From Candidatus Bathyarchaeia archaeon (GTDB lineage: Archaea > Thermoproteota > Bathyarchaeia > 40CM-2-53-6): a DNA stretch of 64,000 nucleotides. The notes under the pieces are model-generated. The model saw only the letters and a program-made list of their open reading frames with translations. It had not been told where the DNA came from and made no database searches. Where the stretch lies: positions 800,001 through 864,000 of the forward strand of contig JBEKVV010000001.1 in assembly GCA_049513715.1 (NCBI GenBank), given 5' to 3'. Positions 29,671 to 38,970 of this stretch are shown here, one piece after another; the stretch's first letter is position 1; every line of letters starts with the position of its first letter. A program made the position numbers and the translations under genes.

Positions 29671-32432
29671 CACGGTTGACGCGGCTTAACAGCTGTCTCA
29701 AACCTTTCTTTTATTTTCCCGATGATTTCCCGTTCGCTCATGCCGAACACTATTGCTTTGCATTCCAATGCGTTCCGTATTGGGTGAACCTTCACTCCTT
29801 CATCCGTTAGGATCCGCATTTCGTCTGAGGCGTTTTCGAAATTCGCTGAAGGCAATACTAGATCCGTCACGCGAACACGACGTGACTTCAGGATCCCAAT
29901 AATTTTCCCTGTCTGCGTCCCGTAGCCACCCAATCCTCCGACGGGCCCAATGTCGAGCTTTACTCCAATCGTTCCTGTGGCAACGATGGACGGCGAAATT
30001 GACAATCCTGAAAGCTCTGATACGAGAGAAAGGACCATAGCCAATCCTGCACTTGGCCCAGAAACACCTTGGCCTAGCCCGCCCTCCAGAATGCTGCGCA
30101 CTTGGAAGTGTACGTGCACCTTGCTCAAGTCGATGCCACTAACGCTCCAGAGCCATGACCTGACCGCTTCGGCCGCGTTTTCAGCACTTTGAGGTACCGA
30201 CTGGTCCGGAATTACTGCTTGACCAATAACAGCGGATGTCGAGTTGCCTGTCACAGACACGGGCTGCTCTCCGGCAACGATGGGTCTGACAGAGCATTCG
30301 ACCGTAATGATCCCTCCACTGCCGTCCTCTGTGGCATACAATCCGTAAGAGGCTCCGGCGATCGGAGTCGTCGGAATCAGCGCCTCTTCCATCTCCCTCC
30401 GCTGATGCTCTTGGGTTGACTCCAACGCTTGGATTGCTTTCTCGAAATGATAGAGTCGAATGGGGTAATTTGATTCATCTATCCCGCTGAGGTCTGGCAA
30501 CGGTTTCTCGCTTTTTGAGATTTCGATGACATCTTCCAGCCGTTTCAGGTCTGCTTCGTATCGTTTTCTGACAGATGAGGCTTCGACGCCTTCCTTCTTG
30601 GCTCTGAGCTCATATACTGCGCTAAGCTCGGACGCCCACAACCGGTGTGCCTCCGATATGGTCTCGGCGGCTGCTCGCGGGCTAAGGATCCGTTGCAATC
30701 TGAACAGGCGTGTGATTTTCGGCGCGTCAATCTCTGCGTGGAGAAAGCGTTTGAATTTTCTGAGGTGAATTTCTACAACCTCGTTCCATTCCCTGTCGTT
30801 GAGGGGCGTGTGAATGTAGAAGACGTTTGGTTCAAAGCGGTCCCTGGTTGCATTGTCTATGAGATTTTCTTTGTTCGAGGCTGCGATTATGACAATTCCT
30901 TCGTCCGGTTTGATTTCACTTAGCTCCGACTTGACCTGGGCGAGGATCTTGTTCCCGGTCGGATCTGCTCCCCAGAAAATTGCGTCTGCCTCGTCGAGGA
31001 ACAGTATGCACGGGGACCGTTGCCTTGCCACGGCAAACAGGTCCTTAATGCGCTTCTCTGGTTCACCGATGTAGCTTGCGCCGCTCATGAGTTCGCCGCC
31101 TCTGACTTTTATGAAAACAACTTTGTTCTCAGCAGCCGCGACTGAGGCCAGCAACGTTTTCCCTGTACCTGGTGGTCCGAAAAGCAAGAAACTGCAGTTC
31201 GAAGCGTACCCTAGCTCCGACATTTTGCGGTTGAAAGCGAGCGATATGTGGTTAAGCACTTTGTCGCGAACATCATGCAACCCCCCGATATCGTCTCGGG
31301 AAACCTTAGGCGCAACAATGTAAACGGAGTCCATGATTTCCTGGGACTTCCCCTGCTCAACGTAGAATTTCATAGAGTGGGCCGCTAGAGCGAAATCCTC
31401 TAGGGTTACTTTGTAGATTGGTTTGGTCCACTTTGAAAGCGGGCCAGGCATCGACCTTCTTATCGTCTCCAGCAGGGGCACTTCTTTGGCCCGTTTAACT
31501 TCCCTGAAGACGCTCATGATGTCGTTGGGCGTTATCGAGCCATGCCGTCTTAGCGCTGCCTCCCGTTCCATAACCTCCAACACCTCAGTAGGTGAGACGC
31601 CGCGCCACCCTTCTTCGCTCAACCTTTCCGTAACGATGACCAAATGCATGTCCCTTGTTACACCCGAGTCCAAATCTACACGCGTCAGGCGCCTACGAAT
31701 ATCTTCCCGGGTCTGTTCGTATGAGTTTGTGGCCACGATCACGAGCGTTCTTGAATCATTGTTGAGAATCTTGTCGAGCCAGCGGTTGATTTCATCCTGA
31801 ACTCGCGTATCTTCCAGTTCGGTGCCTGTATCTCCTCGAACTTTCTTGCCGAAGCTTTGAAACTCGTCTATGTAGATCACAGAAGGTGATGTTGATGCTT
31901 GCTCCAATAATCGCCCAATCTGTTTCGTGCTCCTGCCGTAGTATTCTGAAAAGACATCTGACCCTTTGATGATTATGGGCGATACGAGGACGCCGTTCTT
32001 GTGTGCTTCAAGGATCATCTGCTTCAATGAAACCATGGTCAGGAATGTCTTCCCAGTCCCGCTTTGCCCGGTGAGGCAGATTGCCTTGGGGAGCTCGTCC
32101 TTGTTGAACCATTTCTTTAGCATGGGATGCTTCAAAACGTGTAGTCTGAATGAATCCAAGAGGAGGTTGTATTCCTTCTCGCGGCCAATCAGCTTCCCAA
32201 CAGCATATCTGTTCGGTGGATACAGCCGGTCTAACCGGTGCTGTATCTTCCGGAACTTCCGGGGGGAGATTCGTGATTTTCTCCAACGGGCGAAATCCTT
32301 GTCCACCGCCCGTAATGGGATGTAGTTTAGCCACCGCAGGAGCGTGTACTTCAGCCACCACTCTGCGTCTCCCTCGGTCCCGGATTCTGTTGGCGCGTAA
32401 TTCTCCATGTCATCAAGGCTGCTTGTCGACAT
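29667..32432 (-). CDS. Tandem AAA-AAA ATPase (Cdc48-like modules) fused to a C-terminal Lon/S16 protease domain, 921 aa
   Basis: D1 GQSGTGKT / IYIDE / ATN...RRR; D2 DIGGL / GPPGTGKT / LFLDE / ASN...RDRF; Lon GPSAG...TGTI...PVGG...K; start at ATG 32432 with GGAGG and a TAATG overlap. Confidence 0.9.
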   Translation of the reverse strand: MSTSSLDDMENYAPTESGTEGDAEWWLKYTLLRWLNYIPLRAVDKDFARWRKSRISPRKFRKIQHRLDRLYPPNRYAVGKLIGREKEYNLLLDSFRLHVLKHPMLKKWFNKDELPKAICLTGQSGTGKTFLTMVSLKQMILEAHKNGVLVSPIIIKGSDVFSEYYGRSTKQIGRLLEQASTSPSVIYIDEFQSFGKKVRGDTGTELEDTRVQDEINRWLDKILNNDSRTLVIVATNSYEQTREDIRRRLTRVDLDSGVTRDMHLVIVTERLSEEGWRGVSPTEVLEVMEREAALRRHGSITPNDIMSVFREVKRAKEVPLLETIRRSMPGPLSKWTKPIYKVTLEDFALAAHSMKFYVEQGKSQEIMDSVYIVAPKVSRDDIGGLHDVRDKVLNHISLAFNRKMSELGYASNCSFLLFGPPGTGKTLLASVAAAENKVVFIKVRGGELMSGASYIGEPEKRIKDLFAVARQRSPCILFLDEADAIFWGADPTGNKILAQVKSELSEIKPDEGIVIIAASNKENLIDNATRDRFEPNVFYIHTPLNDREWNEVVEIHLRKFKRFLHAEIDAPKITRLFRLQRILSPRAAAETISEAHRLWASELSAVYELRAKKEGVEASSVRKRYEADLKRLEDVIEISKSEKPLPDLSGIDESNYPIRLYHFEKAIQALESTQEHQRREMEEALIPTTPIAGASYGLYATEDGSGGIITVECSVRPIVAGEQPVSVTGNSTSAVIGQAVIPDQSVPQSAENAAEAVRSWLWSVSGIDLSKVHVHFQVRSILEGGLGQGVSGPSAGLAMVLSLVSELSGLSISPSIVATGTIGVKLDIGPVGGLGGYGTQTGKIIGILKSRRVRVTDLVLPSANFENASDEMRILTDEGVKVHPIRNALECKAIVFGMSEREIIGKIKERFETAVKPRQPC

Positions 32433-33319
32433 TATGCATCCTCCATCGGTTTCATGTCGAAGGCCTTCTCCATCGTGAAGCGAATCAGGTACATGATTAC
32501 GATCACTCCCAAGGCGAAACCGATTACGAAAAGGTCCCAAAGGGAAAGGAAGTCAAATGAGGCTAGAAACATGAAGCGAAGTATGAACAGAATTAGAAGC
32601 TCGCCGCCCATGATTGCTACAATTGCCGCGAAGGATGCGAGTAGGAATTTGTAAGCAGTGTCCACCCACATGTACGCTTGGTCGCCTCGGTCGACTCGTT
32701 GGTCGGTGGATTCCTTTCTTGACGTTTCCCGGCGAATCCATAAGCCCCCTACTGCAAAGAACTGAACTCCCATCCCAAAGTAGAGCAGTTTCACCCAGAG
32801 TGGAAATGCCTCACCGAATTTTCCAACCCACTTGGCGAAGTTCTGGAACGGCGGTTCCGAGGCAACAACAGGTATCGTATCGTTTGGGTGGGGGTTGAAG
32901 GTAGCGTTGATGTCGAGTTCGAAGGGGCCGCTTGAAAGATAATACGTGGTGGCGTTCCTGGTTAGACCGCTATCCTTGTTCTTGACGAAGAGATTGACAG
33001 TGTAGTCACCTGGAGAATCGAAGAGTACTCGAATCTCGTAGCTAGAGGGCTCGGTGGCTGATACTTCGAACCCGTTGGCTGGATATTGTTGTGGTTTTGT
33101 GAGGTTCATGTAGGTGAGGTTTCCGGTTAGGAAGAGTTTCTGGATCGCAGTGTGGTCGCTTTGGACAACGAGCGATTGCCGAATGGTCAGCTGCATGTTT
33201 TGAGTTCGAGCGAGTGTTTGGTCTGCGTAAGCCCATCGAGCACTTGCTATCGCGATGGTCAGGACTATGATGAGAATTACCCATTGTTTGTGTGGGTGGT
33301 GGTTGGTTTTCGTCGCAAT
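32432..33319 (-). CDS. Membrane protein: signal peptide, beta-rich extracellular domain, three C-terminal TM helices
   Basis: The frame stays open upstream of the track ATG (33196) through KQWVILIIVLTIAIASARWAYA; only a non-canonical ATT (33319) is available as start. Confidence 0.75.
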   Translation of the reverse strand: MATKTNHHPHKQWVILIIVLTIAIASARWAYADQTLARTQNMQLTIRQSLVVQSDHTAIQKLFLTGNLTYMNLTKPQQYPANGFEVSATEPSSYEIRVLFDSPGDYTVNLFVKNKDSGLTRNATTYYLSSGPFELDINATFNPHPNDTIPVVASEPPFQNFAKWVGKFGEAFPLWVKLLYFGMGVQFFAVGGLWIRRETSRKESTDQRVDRGDQAYMWVDTAYKFLLASFAAIVAIMGGELLILFILRFMFLASFDFLSLWDLFVIGFALGVIVIMYLIRFTMEKAFDMKPMEDA

Positions 33320-33395
33320 CTTCCGTCCTGGGAGAGTGCAGGTCGCTCTTCCAGGTTGGGGTATATTAATGTTCCTTTATTGGTACATTAACGTA

Positions 33396-33608
33396 TCAAC
33401 TATTTTTTTGTTTACCAGAATCCTCTCTATCGAGCTCCAAAACCAACTTGCCAACATAACCACAATCCGTGCAGGCCCAGTCCGGAGGCAGAAGCCACCC
33501 ACCAAGTGATCCACGCTGTTTAATCCTAATACTTCCACATACCGGGCAAGCCAAAGCTCCTGGCCCAGAATGACGCAGATTCTTCACTGTATCGAAAAAG
33601 TCACCCAC
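33396..33608 (-). CDS. Small zinc-ribbon protein
   Basis: CPVCGS...GWLLP...CTDCGY. Confidence 0.8.
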   Translation of the reverse strand: MGDFFDTVKNLRHSGPGALACPVCGSIRIKQRGSLGGWLLPPDWACTDCGYVGKLVLELDREDSGKQKNS

Positions 33609-33634
33609 TCCGACATCCCTTCAGCTGACGATAT

Positions 33635-33955
33635 TCAGTGTACCTCAATGGAAGTTTCCGGAAAGCCATAGTCAACCAGTAGCTTCTTCACTTTGCCCCG
33701 ATGGTCGCCCTGAAGCAATATTAGGCCATCCTTGGATGTGCCACCACAGGCGCAGTAGGTTTTCAGCTTCGCACCCAGGTCACCGAGGTTGATGCTCTTC
33801 GTGTTTATTCCTTCGATAATTGTGGTTGCCTTGCCCCATTTTCGAGTCTCAAGGCGGACTTTAACAAGCTGCTGTTCCATGCTAATAGTTCCGCAGACGC
33901 AGAGATCTTTTGGAAGCCCGCAAGTGGGGCATACATCCGCCATTCTTTCGTTCAA
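33635..33955 (-). CDS. sui1: Translation initiation factor aIF1 / SUI1
   Basis: CGLPKDLCVC, GKATTIIEG, LKTYCACGGT and LQGDHR. Confidence 0.95.
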   Translation of the reverse strand: MNERMADVCPTCGLPKDLCVCGTISMEQQLVKVRLETRKWGKATTIIEGINTKSINLGDLGAKLKTYCACGGTSKDGLILLQGDHRGKVKKLLVDYGFPETSIEVH

Positions 33956-34076
33956 TTACTCCTCTTAAGTAAAGCCGATTTACGCCTAGATTATTATTTA
34001 AGCCTATTTCCTAACGCTAGATTTTCCTTGTGCAAATCAACGGTGAGGCAGAATTTACTAATCGGATCGGAATCAA

Positions 34077-34634
34077 TTGACGACGGGTCATATGTCACAC
34101 CCTGGAAGGCCGAATGTCGAAGGGCACGGGCATGAAGATCACGAAGTCACTATCGAGACACTGTCGACGCCGCCAGTTCATGTGAAACCTGCCCCGCTTA
34201 CCAAACGGGTTGCGGCTGGGCTAGTGGACTCTGCGCTCCTCGCAGCAGCGTGGGTTGTTGTGTTGATTTTGACCGTCAAGGATTTCACCCTGGCAGAAAC
34301 AACTTCAGTCTACACAGGAGCCGCCTACCTGGCCGTACTGACTTTCTTCTATTACTTCCTTCTGGAGTGGTTTCTTGCTGCCTCGATCGGGAAGCTGCTG
34401 CTCAAGCTTCGGGTCTTTGGAACCGATGGTGAACCTTGCTCGATGAGTGCCTCGTTCAAGCGTAACTTGTTGCGATTTGTTGATTAGCTACCATGCCTCT
34501 ACGCCATTGCAGTCGTGTCAGTCGTAGCTTCCAGTGACCGGCAGAGGCTTGGTGACAGAGTCGCTTCAACTATAGTCTCGCTGGCGCCCGCGAAGGACAT
34601 TAATCCGCCGCCTGCACCATTCCTGTTCCATTGA
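34077..34634 (+). pseudogene. RDD-family membrane protein interrupted by one TAG (34485-34487)
   Basis: KRVAAGLVD, SIGKLLLKLRV, RNLLRFVD*LP...RQRLGDRVASTIV. Confidence 0.85.
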
Positions 34635-34659
34635 GGCCCGCTCAGATCTGTGAGAGGCG

Positions 34660-35835
34660 TTGCCCGCAAACTTAACACCCGAAGCCAAAGCAAAATGGCG
34701 TGAGGCCGAACTCACCAAGAATCCAAGAGAGCAACTTCAAGCTTACCAAGAATTTCTGTCAATTATCCCGAAGCATAAAGGGAATGAGAGGCTCAAGGCT
34801 CAAATCAACACCAAAATTGCCAATCTCAAAGTAGAACTACTCACCCGTCGCGGCAAACGGGGCGGCGGTCATTCCATTTGGCACGTCGAACGCGAGGGCG
34901 CCGCACAAATCATCCTCTTTGGTCCGACAAAGGCCGGTCGTAGTAGCCTCCTGAGGTTCCTAACGAAAGCACAGGTAGTGGTGGCTGACTACGAGTTTAC
35001 TACCCAGCGCCCAACCCCTGGAATGCTCGCTTTTGAAGATGTTCAACTTCAAATGGTTGAACTCCCCGCTCCACAAATGAACCGGGACGGAGAGTTCGAA
35101 ATTCAACCAGAAAGCATCGACCTCATCCGAGCGGCGGACGGCCTCATGCTCATGCTCGATCTCACATCGGAACCACTGAGCCAACTCCAACATTTGATAT
35201 CAGCCCTCGGAAAAGTCCGTATCTCAACCCAAAGAACCGCGTCCAGGGTGGAGATTGTTCCTGAGAAGGGTTCGGGGGAGATTCGCATCGCGACCTCAGG
35301 CATCCAAACTTCATGCACGCCTGTGCAGGTCCGAGAGCTTTTGCACAGCTACGGCTTGAGAAACGCACTGATTAGGATATACGGGGACGTAACCATCGAC
35401 GACGTTGAAGACGCGATCTTCGAGAACGTAACCACATACAAGCCTTCACTGATCATCGTGAACAAACTCGATCTCCCCGGTGCCAAACAAACTGCGGATG
35501 ACTTCACACAGAAAAACGCCATATCTCTGCCGACCTTGTTCACTTCTTGCTTAACGGGACAAGGGTTGAAGGATGTGGGTGGCGTTGCCTTTCGTGCCTT
35601 GGGAATAATCAGAGTTTACACTAGGGAGCCGAACGCAAGCAAGCCATCTGAAAATCCGTTCGTGGTTCGCGCTGGGACAACTGTGCAAGACTTGGCGCGG
35701 AGCATCCACACGGATTTAGCTAACCGCTATCGGTATTCAAGAATCTGGGGGCCAACTAGCAAGTTCGCTGGCGAGCGCGTAGGCCCCGATCACGTATTGG
35801 GCGACCGGGATATTGTGGAAATCCACACTGAGTAA
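34660..35835 (+). CDS. DRG/OBG-family GTPase with TGS domain (divergent G1)
   Basis: MPANL, PKHKG, GPTKAGRSS, YEFTT, NKLD and C-terminal TGS (HVLGDRDIVEIH). Confidence 0.9.
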   Translation: MPANLTPEAKAKWREAELTKNPREQLQAYQEFLSIIPKHKGNERLKAQINTKIANLKVELLTRRGKRGGGHSIWHVEREGAAQIILFGPTKAGRSSLLRFLTKAQVVVADYEFTTQRPTPGMLAFEDVQLQMVELPAPQMNRDGEFEIQPESIDLIRAADGLMLMLDLTSEPLSQLQHLISALGKVRISTQRTASRVEIVPEKGSGEIRIATSGIQTSCTPVQVRELLHSYGLRNALIRIYGDVTIDDVEDAIFENVTTYKPSLIIVNKLDLPGAKQTADDFTQKNAISLPTLFTSCLTGQGLKDVGGVAFRALGIIRVYTREPNASKPSENPFVVRAGTTVQDLARSIHTDLANRYRYSRIWGPTSKFAGERVGPDHVLGDRDIVEIHTE

Positions 35836-36283
35836 CCGGGAGCTAATTGCTAATTGGGCTGTGTCGCGTGCACTTAGATTCTGGCACGCCTACGGCGACG
35901 GAAGTTCTTGATTCGCCAGAACCCGCTTGAGTCGCGGTAATATTCCATGACTTCCATTTCATATGCACCTTATCCCCCCTAGACTGTGCCTTCGTGACTT
36001 AGGGCTTTCATGATACCAAAATTCATCCCCACGACGATTCAACCCCCAAAACTGGGTAGTGAAGCTGCAATTTCCAATCAAAAAGCAGGTCTCACTATGT
36101 CGCAACTTGATAGGTCCAGCCCTATCTAACGCACACGGTTTCGATTCAAGCAAAATCCCTTGAATCAAACCCGTAAATTCTGACGGCGCTACCTATGCAA
36201 AGCAAACATGTTTGTCTTAGAAAGACCGTGAAACAAGCAATTCCTAGAAACTTAGTTGGAACTGTCAAAAGTTTTCGTGTAAG

Positions 36284-38671
36284 TTAGCGCTTCAGCGCTG
36301 CGATGATGCCTCCAACAATCCCGAGGAGCATTCCGGCGATGAAGCCTCCGCCGATTATGAGGCTGAAGATTGCGAAGGGGAAGACTATGATGTCGGCGAG
36401 TGCGCCGTTGCGAAGGACCATGATTATCGAACCCATGATCAGAACCAGGCCTATGATAACCCCTAACGCGAACCCGTACAGTGGCCCGATTAAGGGAAGC
36501 CAGAAGAATATTCCCGACCAGACGCCGAAGAAGCTAGGAGAGAGCAGGGCGGCCGCGTTAAGAATCACAAGAATCCCAGAGACCAATGACAACGCGAACC
36601 CGAAGATACCCCTACCGCCCACGCGGCCAGTGGGTCGAACTGCCATCGGAATGGGTCGAGCCAGAATGACTTGGGGTCTGCCGCAGAAGGGGCAGTAGAC
36701 TGCGTGCATGGGCATCATTCTGCCGCACCACTTACATCGAATCATCGGCAGCGGCAAAACATGCACAACCCTCGGCCTGGGTCTCATTCGAACCGGAGCA
36801 GGTACGACAGCCCGAACGGGTCTGCGACCTTTTCGGAACGCCAAGATACCCAACAACAACGCCAAGCCCAGAGCAAGCAGGATTAGCAATAGAAGGAGCC
36901 AAAAGTTCACGTTAGAGGTTGGCGGCTGGACGATCCTGAAAAGCACGTTCGTGGTGTGGAAGAGCGGTCCACTAGCTCCGCTGATGGTTAGAGTATAATT
37001 ACCCGGAGTGGCCTGCTGAGCCACACAGACTTGAAGGTTCGAAGTCACCGTCACACTGGGGGGCGGGGTGACCGGGTTGGGCTGAATTATGAAGGTGGTC
37101 TTTGGTGGAAGACCGGTCGCGTTCAACGTAATAGGTGAACTGAAGTTCCCCTGTGGCACAATTGATACAGTATAGTTTCCGCACTGCGTTAGATTAAGCG
37201 CCAGAAGCGGAGTTGCCGAGATAGAGAAGTCATTGGGCGGGACAGTTACGACAAGTTGAACTGTAGTTGTCCGCATGATCGCGGGAAGTAATGATGTCCC
37301 CGTAATAGTCAGGGTGTACGTGCCTATGGGGGTGTTTGTACTTGTGGAAATTGTCAGTTGGGAGTTTGCCGTTCCACCAGCGGGTGGTGTCACGCTGCCT
37401 GGGGAGAAGCTTGGTGACGAGAACGAAGGAAGCCCAGTAACCTGGAGGTTGACTTGTGAGCTGAACCCTCCTATCGAATTCACGGTGACTGCGTAAGTTG
37501 CGGTGCTTCCAGCCTGAACGGTGACGGTTGGCGGGGTCGCTGAAAGAACAAAGTCAATCTGTGGGCCGTGAACGAATTTGTTTCCGTAAACCTGCTCAAC
37601 AGCATAGAACCCTGCACTGCCAACGGGCAACTGTTCCTGTGGGTGGAATCCAAGGCCCTCGACGATTCCGTTGCCGAACTGGAAATAGAAACCAAGTATA
37701 GCATGACGGAATGGCACACCGAACTTGGTGCTGTCCATTAGTATTCTGACATCGGATGTGTGAGCCGGGTTCACGCTAGCAACGGCGTAACCACCACCCG
37801 CGGTGACCAGCGTGATGTCGTTGGGGTTCGGGCCAGCATTGTAGTATTGGCTTGGGAATTCCCCTGGGAATGTACCCGACGGAGCGGGGGGGTTGTGCAT
37901 GACTGAAGCCCAATTTCCGCCCTGGTTTGGTCCTATGAGTTGGACGTATCCTGGAAACGTCTGTTCGAGGTCTTTCAGGGCAATGTCAGTGTAGATTATT
38001 TCATTGCCCGCTTGGATGTGGGTTCTAAGATTATTGTAGACGGCCTGAACCTGAGCCTGCACAGTCGGCGTGAAAGTTGAGGGATCGCCGAACCATCCTG
38101 GACAGTCAAGGACAATGAGCGAGTACTGATTGACGATTGAGGGATTGGCTAAGACATCGTCGGGGCTGATGAGTGTGTAGTTTATCTTCATTTGGTCGAG
38201 GGTGAGGTCGGTTCTTCCCCAGATGCCCTTGATCACGAGAATATTAGTTGGTTGGCGAACAAAGAAGACTTGATTGGATGTGAACGGCGCGGTCAGCCGT
38301 GTTACGGTTACCTTATTGAAATTCACAGAAGACAGAAGCGCATTGACTTGGGCGGAGAACCTGTCCTCGATTAGGAACGGCCCTCCTTGATAGACTGCGC
38401 CGCTTGGTGTGAGAGCCGTTTGCATGCTGACGTCTGGCGGTTCGATGACGCGAGCCATCTGAAGGCCGGGCGCACTACGCAAGAACTCATGGATAAAACC
38501 GTACACGCGGATTCTATCGGCTTGTTTACCGTCCATCGGCACTACGAAAGTTCCGACTGGAAATGTTCCAGCTGCTAGTGGCGGCAGTGCAGCGGAAACC
38601 GCGTACAATGCAGGAGATATGAGAACAATGAATAAAACGAGGCACGCGAGCAGTTTCGTGGGTCTATTCAT
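36284..38671 (-). CDS. Multidomain surface protein: GATase-like N-domain, two DF-repeats, TM, zinc ribbon, Gly-rich membrane domain
   Basis: Signal peptide MNRPTKLLACLV...; DFVLSATP and DFSISATP repeats; CKWC..CPFC; C-terminal GGGFIAGMLLGIVGG. Confidence 0.85.
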   Translation of the reverse strand: MNRPTKLLACLVLFIVLISPALYAVSAALPPLAAGTFPVGTFVVPMDGKQADRIRVYGFIHEFLRSAPGLQMARVIEPPDVSMQTALTPSGAVYQGGPFLIEDRFSAQVNALLSSVNFNKVTVTRLTAPFTSNQVFFVRQPTNILVIKGIWGRTDLTLDQMKINYTLISPDDVLANPSIVNQYSLIVLDCPGWFGDPSTFTPTVQAQVQAVYNNLRTHIQAGNEIIYTDIALKDLEQTFPGYVQLIGPNQGGNWASVMHNPPAPSGTFPGEFPSQYYNAGPNPNDITLVTAGGGYAVASVNPAHTSDVRILMDSTKFGVPFRHAILGFYFQFGNGIVEGLGFHPQEQLPVGSAGFYAVEQVYGNKFVHGPQIDFVLSATPPTVTVQAGSTATYAVTVNSIGGFSSQVNLQVTGLPSFSSPSFSPGSVTPPAGGTANSQLTISTSTNTPIGTYTLTITGTSLLPAIMRTTTVQLVVTVPPNDFSISATPLLALNLTQCGNYTVSIVPQGNFSSPITLNATGLPPKTTFIIQPNPVTPPPSVTVTSNLQVCVAQQATPGNYTLTISGASGPLFHTTNVLFRIVQPPTSNVNFWLLLLLILLALGLALLLGILAFRKGRRPVRAVVPAPVRMRPRPRVVHVLPLPMIRCKWCGRMMPMHAVYCPFCGRPQVILARPIPMAVRPTGRVGGRGIFGFALSLVSGILVILNAAALLSPSFFGVWSGIFFWLPLIGPLYGFALGVIIGLVLIMGSIIMVLRNGALADIIVFPFAIFSLIIGGGFIAGMLLGIVGGIIAALKR

Positions 38672-38970
38672 CGATGTGTGCCTCAATTCTGATTCATAAT
38701 TGAGCTCTTTTCGGCTTTTGGAGCCAGATGCTAGCTTAGCCACCCGTTGGTTACTTAAGACTTGAGTTCATTGGCTCCACGCTGACTATTTAATACGCCA
38801 TTTTCTCTTTTGCGGACATGAATGAAACAGCCCAACTTGTTTTACGCAATTTCATCCCAATGGGCTGCCGATATTTGTATGAAAGGTGCATTGAACAACA
38901 ACGCCGGAATCCCTTGGGAGTTGAAACTGCGGCTTGCTCCCCCTAACTCACGCCGAACCCTTCGACGAGG

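Noticed and set aside
29667..32432. Ordinary Cdc48/VAT, FtsH or LonB
   Set aside because: There is no recognisable Cdc48 N-domain, no HEXXH and no TM insert, and it has two classic AAA modules plus an S16 domain
32433..32540. Track N-terminal extension of the AAA-Lon ORF (957 aa)
   Set aside because: It overlaps the upstream gene; ATG 32432 has an RBS and TAATG coupling
7757..34634. Genome-wide stop-codon reassignment (Pyl, Sec or Trp)
   Set aside because: TAG and TGA both end many intact core genes, and the PAP2 gene also has a frameshift
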